NCBI RefSeq assembly: GCF_001194135.2
Contig: NC_068994.1
Coordinates: forward strand, 36,312,980-36,353,138
Direction of reading: 5' to 3'
Length of the DNA: 40,159 nt
From: Octopus bimaculoides
Lineage: Eukaryota
Every line of letters begins with the position of its first letter. Position 1 is the stretch's first letter. The translations under genes were made by a program, and so were the position numbers. This document shows, piece by piece, positions 35,611-40,159 of this stretch. The notes beneath the pieces are model-generated. The model was not told the DNA's origin. It saw nothing but the letters and a program-made list of their open reading frames with translations, and made no database searches.

Positions 35611-37032
35611 TTAGGTTCTAAACATTTTTAAGCTAAATTTTTCAATGCTTCATTGAACACACCTGAAACGTAATACAGGTGGTAGTGCATCTCTTCTTTC
35701 TTCTTGACTAAAAATAGATTTATCCTTCATTCTGGTTACCTTTATTGACATTTGAAATGGATAACCAAAAATTTCATATTTGTGTTATAGTGCTTTTCTT
35801 TTTCATAAAAGGAGAAAATGCTGCAAAGATTTGCAAAAACATTTGTGAAGTTTATGGTGATGGTACTATAGGTGAATCAACTGTTCAAGGGTGGTTTGCA
35901 AAATTTAAAGCTGGAGAGTTTAGCTTGGAAAATGATGAAGAAAACTTAAATATCATGACTAGAGAACTTGCAGAGGAGTTGGAAGTTTCTCAAAGTACAG
36001 TTCATGAACACCTAGGATACATTTCTCGCGAAAATGTATGGGTCCCTCACAAACTCTCAGAAAAGAATTGCATGGACCGGTATTCTGTTGTTTGTAATAT
36101 GCTTTTGAAGCAGAATGAAAGCATGCATTTTTCAAGCAACTTGTGACTGGAGATGAAAAATGGATTGTGTACAAAAATGCAGTGCAAAAATCGCTCTGGA
36201 ATTTGCACAAGGATCCCCCAAAACAGCAACCAAAGATGAATATCCATGCCAAAAAAGCTATGCTTTGTGTTTGGTGGGATCATAAAAGCATTATTTATTA
36301 TGAGCTTCTCCCACAAAACCAGACCATTAATTCTGATATGTACTGTTGTCAGCTGGCTAATGTGAACCCCAAAAAATCAAAGAACTGAGGCTGAAGGTTG
36401 CCAACAAGAAAGGGGTGGTGTTCCAACAAGACAATGCCCGACCATATGTCTTTGGCTATCCAAACAAAGTTACATGAACTTGGCTGAGATCTCTTACCCC
36501 ATCCACCATATTCTCCTGATATTGTGCCATCCGTGTACCATTTGTTTTTGTCTCTACAGAACACATTGCAAGGAAAAGCATTTAACGATTTAGATGCAGT
36601 TAAAATGCATCTGGATAAATGTTTTTCTTCAAAACCAATCAAATTTCAAGCTGATGGATTATATAATCTGACTGATACATGAGCAAAGGTTATTAGTAAT
36701 AATGGAAATTATTTCACTGAATAAAATTTATTCTTTTCTACTCTAGGCACAAGGCCCAAAGTTTTTGGGGGAGGGGGCCAGTCGCTTAGATCGACTCCAG
36801 TATGCACCTGGTACTTAATTTATCAACCCCCAAAAGGATGAAAGGCAAAGTCAACCTCAGCAGACTTTCAACTCAGAACGTAAAGACATATGAAATACCA
36901 CTAAGCATTTTGCCCAACATACTAACATTTCTACCAGCCCGCTGCCTAATTAAATAAAATTTATTGAAAGGTCAATTATTTATATCCCTTTCTGCATATT
37001 AAAAAATGATCATAACTTTCCAGACAACTTAA
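35611..37032 (+). mobile_element. mariner (DD34D) transposon fossil
   Basis: Transposase pseudogene ~35757-36724 with HTH 'ENAAKICKNICEVYG', WVPHKL, TGDEKW, DNARP and HPPYSPDIVPSVYHLF (third catalytic D replaced by V). It has frameshifts and stops. Putative TA-flanked ends are 'ttaggtt' (35611) and 'actttccagacaacttaa' (to 37032), and they match only partly. Confidence 0.88.
36733..36952 (-). mobile_element. SINE family B inserted in the mariner 3' region
   Basis: Full-length reverse copy with a 13-bp target-site duplication AATAAAATTTATT at 36720-36732 and 36953-36965. Confidence 0.88.
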
Positions 37033-37640
37033 CATATACACATACATGTATAGATACATATGTGTATATATCTATACATACATGTGTACATATATATGTA
37101 CAAGTGGAGAATCATGGAGAAATCCATGCTATATGTTATGTGTAGCTGAAAGATTGCATATTCTTTTAACATCTAAGAATTCCATTACACTATTGAATTC
37201 CAGATGAGAAATTTTCAGCAAACACTAACTTATAGACAAATTTCTTTAGGTGAACTATAAGACACTACCCTCTTTGGAATGAGCAACTGTCTCACAGATT
37301 TTGGATTTTCTTCATTGAATTATTCTACATTGAGTAGCTTTATTTTGGTGTTATGGTCAAAGGGGGCATTACTAATTTTCTTTTTTTTTTCTTTTTACAT
37401 ACATTTTCTTCACCCTTCTAAGTATTTGCATCCACCTTTCGTCATGTTTTTTATTGTGACTTTTGTTCCAGTGTCCTGATTTGTAAATTGAATAGACCAT
37501 GTGCTTCAGAGCCTACAGATTGCTTGGGGATACAAGGCGTTCTACAAAATCTTGCTTAGACGTGCCTCTCCAGTAGCTGATATCTTTATACATTAAATGA
37601 GATTACATATATATATGTACATATAGGTTTTAAATTTTGA

Positions 37641-37835
37641 GGCAAGGCCAGCAATTTTGGGGGAGGCAAGGAAGTCAGTCAACTATATTAAGCCCAGTGC
37701 TCAACTGATACTTATTTTATAGACTCCAAAAGAATAAAAAGCAAAGCCAAAATTGGCAGAACTCAAAATGTAAAGACAGATGAAATACCACAAAACATTT
37801 TGCCCAGCATGCTAACAATTCTGCCAGCATGCTTT
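37641..37835 (-). mobile_element. SINE family B, decayed reverse copy
   Basis: 'gatacttattttatagactcc...gaactcaaaatgtaaagacagatgaaatacc...ctaacaattctgccagc'. Confidence 0.75.
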
Positions 37836-37856
37836 CTTCATATATATACATACTTG

Positions 37857-38015
37857 TAGGTGCAGGCTTGGCTGTATGGTTAGGAAGCTTGCTTCCCAAC
37901 TACATGGCTTTGAGTTCAGTCTCACTGCATGGCACCTTGGGCAAGTGTCTTCTGCAATAGCCTCAAGCCTGCTGAAGCCTTGTGAATGAATTTGGTAGAT
38001 GGAAGTTACCGTTGT
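37857..38015 (+). mobile_element. SINE family A, 5' half
   Basis: 'aggtgcaggcttggctgtatggttagg...gagttcagtctcactgcatggcaccttgggcaagtgtcttc'. Confidence 0.82.
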
Positions 38016-39164
38016 CTGTGTACATGTGTAAGTGCTTGTATCTCCTAACAGATATATATATATATATATATATNNNNNNNNNNNNNNNNNNNNNNNNNNN
38101 NNNNNNNNNNNNNNNNNNNNNNNNNNNNNNNNNNNNNNNNNNNNNNNNNNNNNNNNNNNNNNNNNNNNNNNNNATATATATGTATATATATATATATGTA
38201 TATGTATATATATGTGTATATATTTATATATACATGCATATATATGCCGAGGAACCCCTCAAAACTGAAACCATTTATTTAATAATATCCTAGCTTAATT
38301 TCATTATCCATGAAGTCAATCAAGCAGGATCAATATATGTGATCATTGTAAGCCATGGACCCAAAAACATGTTAAGCCTCGCAAGAATGAATGACAACTC
38401 AGAGTAATGAAACTCTATGATGTAAAAAATTCACAAGCATACAGCCCCATCTTCAACTGCCGAACAGCATTCATTATGCTTTCAACAATTGGGCATTCAT
38501 TCTGGTAGTGTCAGGAGTGTTTAATAACATAGACACTGCCTGGAAATCAGTAGAAAAATAGCAGGAGTGAAACATTGGTATAATATGCTTATTATGCCAA
38601 CACTTGCTTATTTTCATCAATAACAACGTCAAATATAAACAAAATAGTATTAACTTATAACTAAATGCCAGAAATTATTAAAAAATGTATCTATAAAACA
38701 TGGAAACTCCTCCCACAAAGAACATTGTGAACCAAAAATGCTGTAGTACAAATCAGAACTAATGAACAGACCATATTGAACAAAACTTACTGAATCACTG
38801 ATACATAACATGATAACAGCACAAGGAACAACATTGCTACAATCTCAAACATATAGATCCGTTAACAGACGTAGACCAATAGATATGTTGTTTCTTATTC
38901 TACAAGAGTAAGTCAGAAAGTAAGCACTTTCTAACTCAGTTTCATAAAATGTATTCCAAACATGAAACCACACCAAAAACAAACCAACTAGTGGAACAAT
39001 ATACCTTTTAATCAGTGTTCATAAACCATGTCAAGGAAAAATGACAGGCATAGATAAATATCTATTAAATATGTCTAATTATAGAAAATAGATTAAATTG
39101 TTGATTAAAAATAAAAATAAAACTAAACAGATTATTATGTAAATACATGAATAATATCATGTGT

Positions 39165-39310
39165 ATATCATCATCATTATCATCATCATTTAACTCTTAT
39201 TTTCCATGCTGACATGGGTTGGGTGGTTTTACAGGAACTGGCAAAACCAGGGGACACACTCCATAGCCTGTTTTGGCTTGATTTCTACAGCCTGTTTTGG
39301 CTTGATTTCA
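39165..39310 (-). mobile_element. RTE-type 3' tail variant with (GAT)n end and an internal ~23-bp tandem duplication
   Basis: The reverse complement ends 'ccaacccatgtcagcatggaaataagagttaaatgatgatgat'. 'agcctgttttggcttgatttc' occurs twice (39266 and 39289). Confidence 0.65.
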
Positions 39311-39319
39311 CTTCTGTAC

Positions 39320-40039
39320 TTATACTCTGCCATGAATGTCCTCCTTTCTCTAGTTCCTTTTGTGTTGATCTATGCCACGAGTTCTTAGGCCTACCCCTCT
39401 TTCTATATCCATCTGGATTCCACTGTAAAGTGCTTTTCACTGCATTTGGTGTGTCCTTTCTAATTGTGCTACCAATCCACTTCCACTTTCTCTTAAATAT
39501 TTGTTCTCTAATCGGAACTTGATTCGTTCTTTGCCATAGCTCTATATTGCTTATGTGGTCTGGCCATCTGATTTTAAGTATACTATGCAAGCACCTGTTG
39601 ATGAATGATTGTATTTGCTTATTTGACTTAACTGTTGTTCTCCATGTCTCAGCCCCATACAATAACACCGCTTTTACGTTAGTGTTAAAAATTCTTATTT
39701 TGTTCTTTATTGACTTTTTTTAACAGGTGGAAAGCGGTCCTTGACTTACTTATACTTGTCTTAATATCTTCGTCGGTGCTGCCTGAGAACGTTATCTTAC
39801 TACCTAAATACGTAAACTCGGTTACATCCTCTAGTTCACCTGTTTCTAGTTTAATATGTTCACTGTTTTCTTCATTAACACGCATAATTTTTGATTTGTC
39901 GCGGTTGACTTTCAATCTTAGTTTGGCAGCTATTGCTTCTAATTTTGACGTAATATTTTGCATTTGACTATATGTTTGTGAAAGTAGTGCTATATCATCT
40001 GCAATGTGGAGATCTTCTAAAACTTCTGCATCTGTCCAT

Positions 40040-40041
<2 letters not shown>
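39320..40041 (-). mobile_element. RTE-clade LINE reverse-transcriptase C-terminal fragment, frameshifted
   Basis: KWTDAEVLEDLHIADDIALLS (ADD at 39994-40002), FTYLGS, a frameshift near 39700, then KIRIFNTNVKAVLLYGAETW, RWPDHISN, RKWKWIG and RKRGRPKNSW. Confidence 0.9.
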
Positions 40042-40075
<34 letters not shown>

Positions 40076-40088
40076 TTATATATCTATT

Positions 40089-40139
<51 letters not shown>

Positions 40140-40159
40140 ATATATATATATATATATAT
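40042..40159. repeat. (TCTA)n then (TA)n microsatellite
   Basis: Directly visible. Confidence 0.97.

Noticed and set aside
35745-36724. SETMAR-like host gene
   Set aside because: There is no SET domain, and there are frameshifts, stops and a mutated catalytic residue. It is a mariner fossil.

Overview
AT-rich eukaryotic genomic DNA with many microsatellites and several N gaps. The repeat landscape and the protocadherin type suggest a coleoid cephalopod, probably Octopus; this is inference, not a database result. There is one host gene, a six-cadherin-repeat protocadherin on the + strand. Its main coding exon is 20782-23229 and encodes the signal peptide, EC1-EC6, the transmembrane helix and most of the tail. 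It has an acceptor at 20754, a phase-0 donor at 23230, and one gap in EC4/EC5. It sits in a ~5-6 kb island with almost no recognisable transposons. The rest is mostly nested mobile DNA: a hAT transposase fossil interrupted by a TTAA piggyBac-type MITE; two R4/Dong-like LINE fossils; RTE LINE fragments and 3' tails; a FLYWCH-MULE element inserted into a SINE; a mariner fossil; and two tRNA-headed SINE families. The most unusual signals are (i) a tandemly repeated hairpin plus H-type-pseudoknot module in the RTE-type 3' tail, and (ii) a co-oriented, head-to-tail, apparently age-graded SINE array built on (ATT)n tracts at 29.3-33 kb. Most ORFs in the supplied track are microsatellite or gap artefacts. 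Many repeat boundaries are approximate and family names come from motif recognition by eye.
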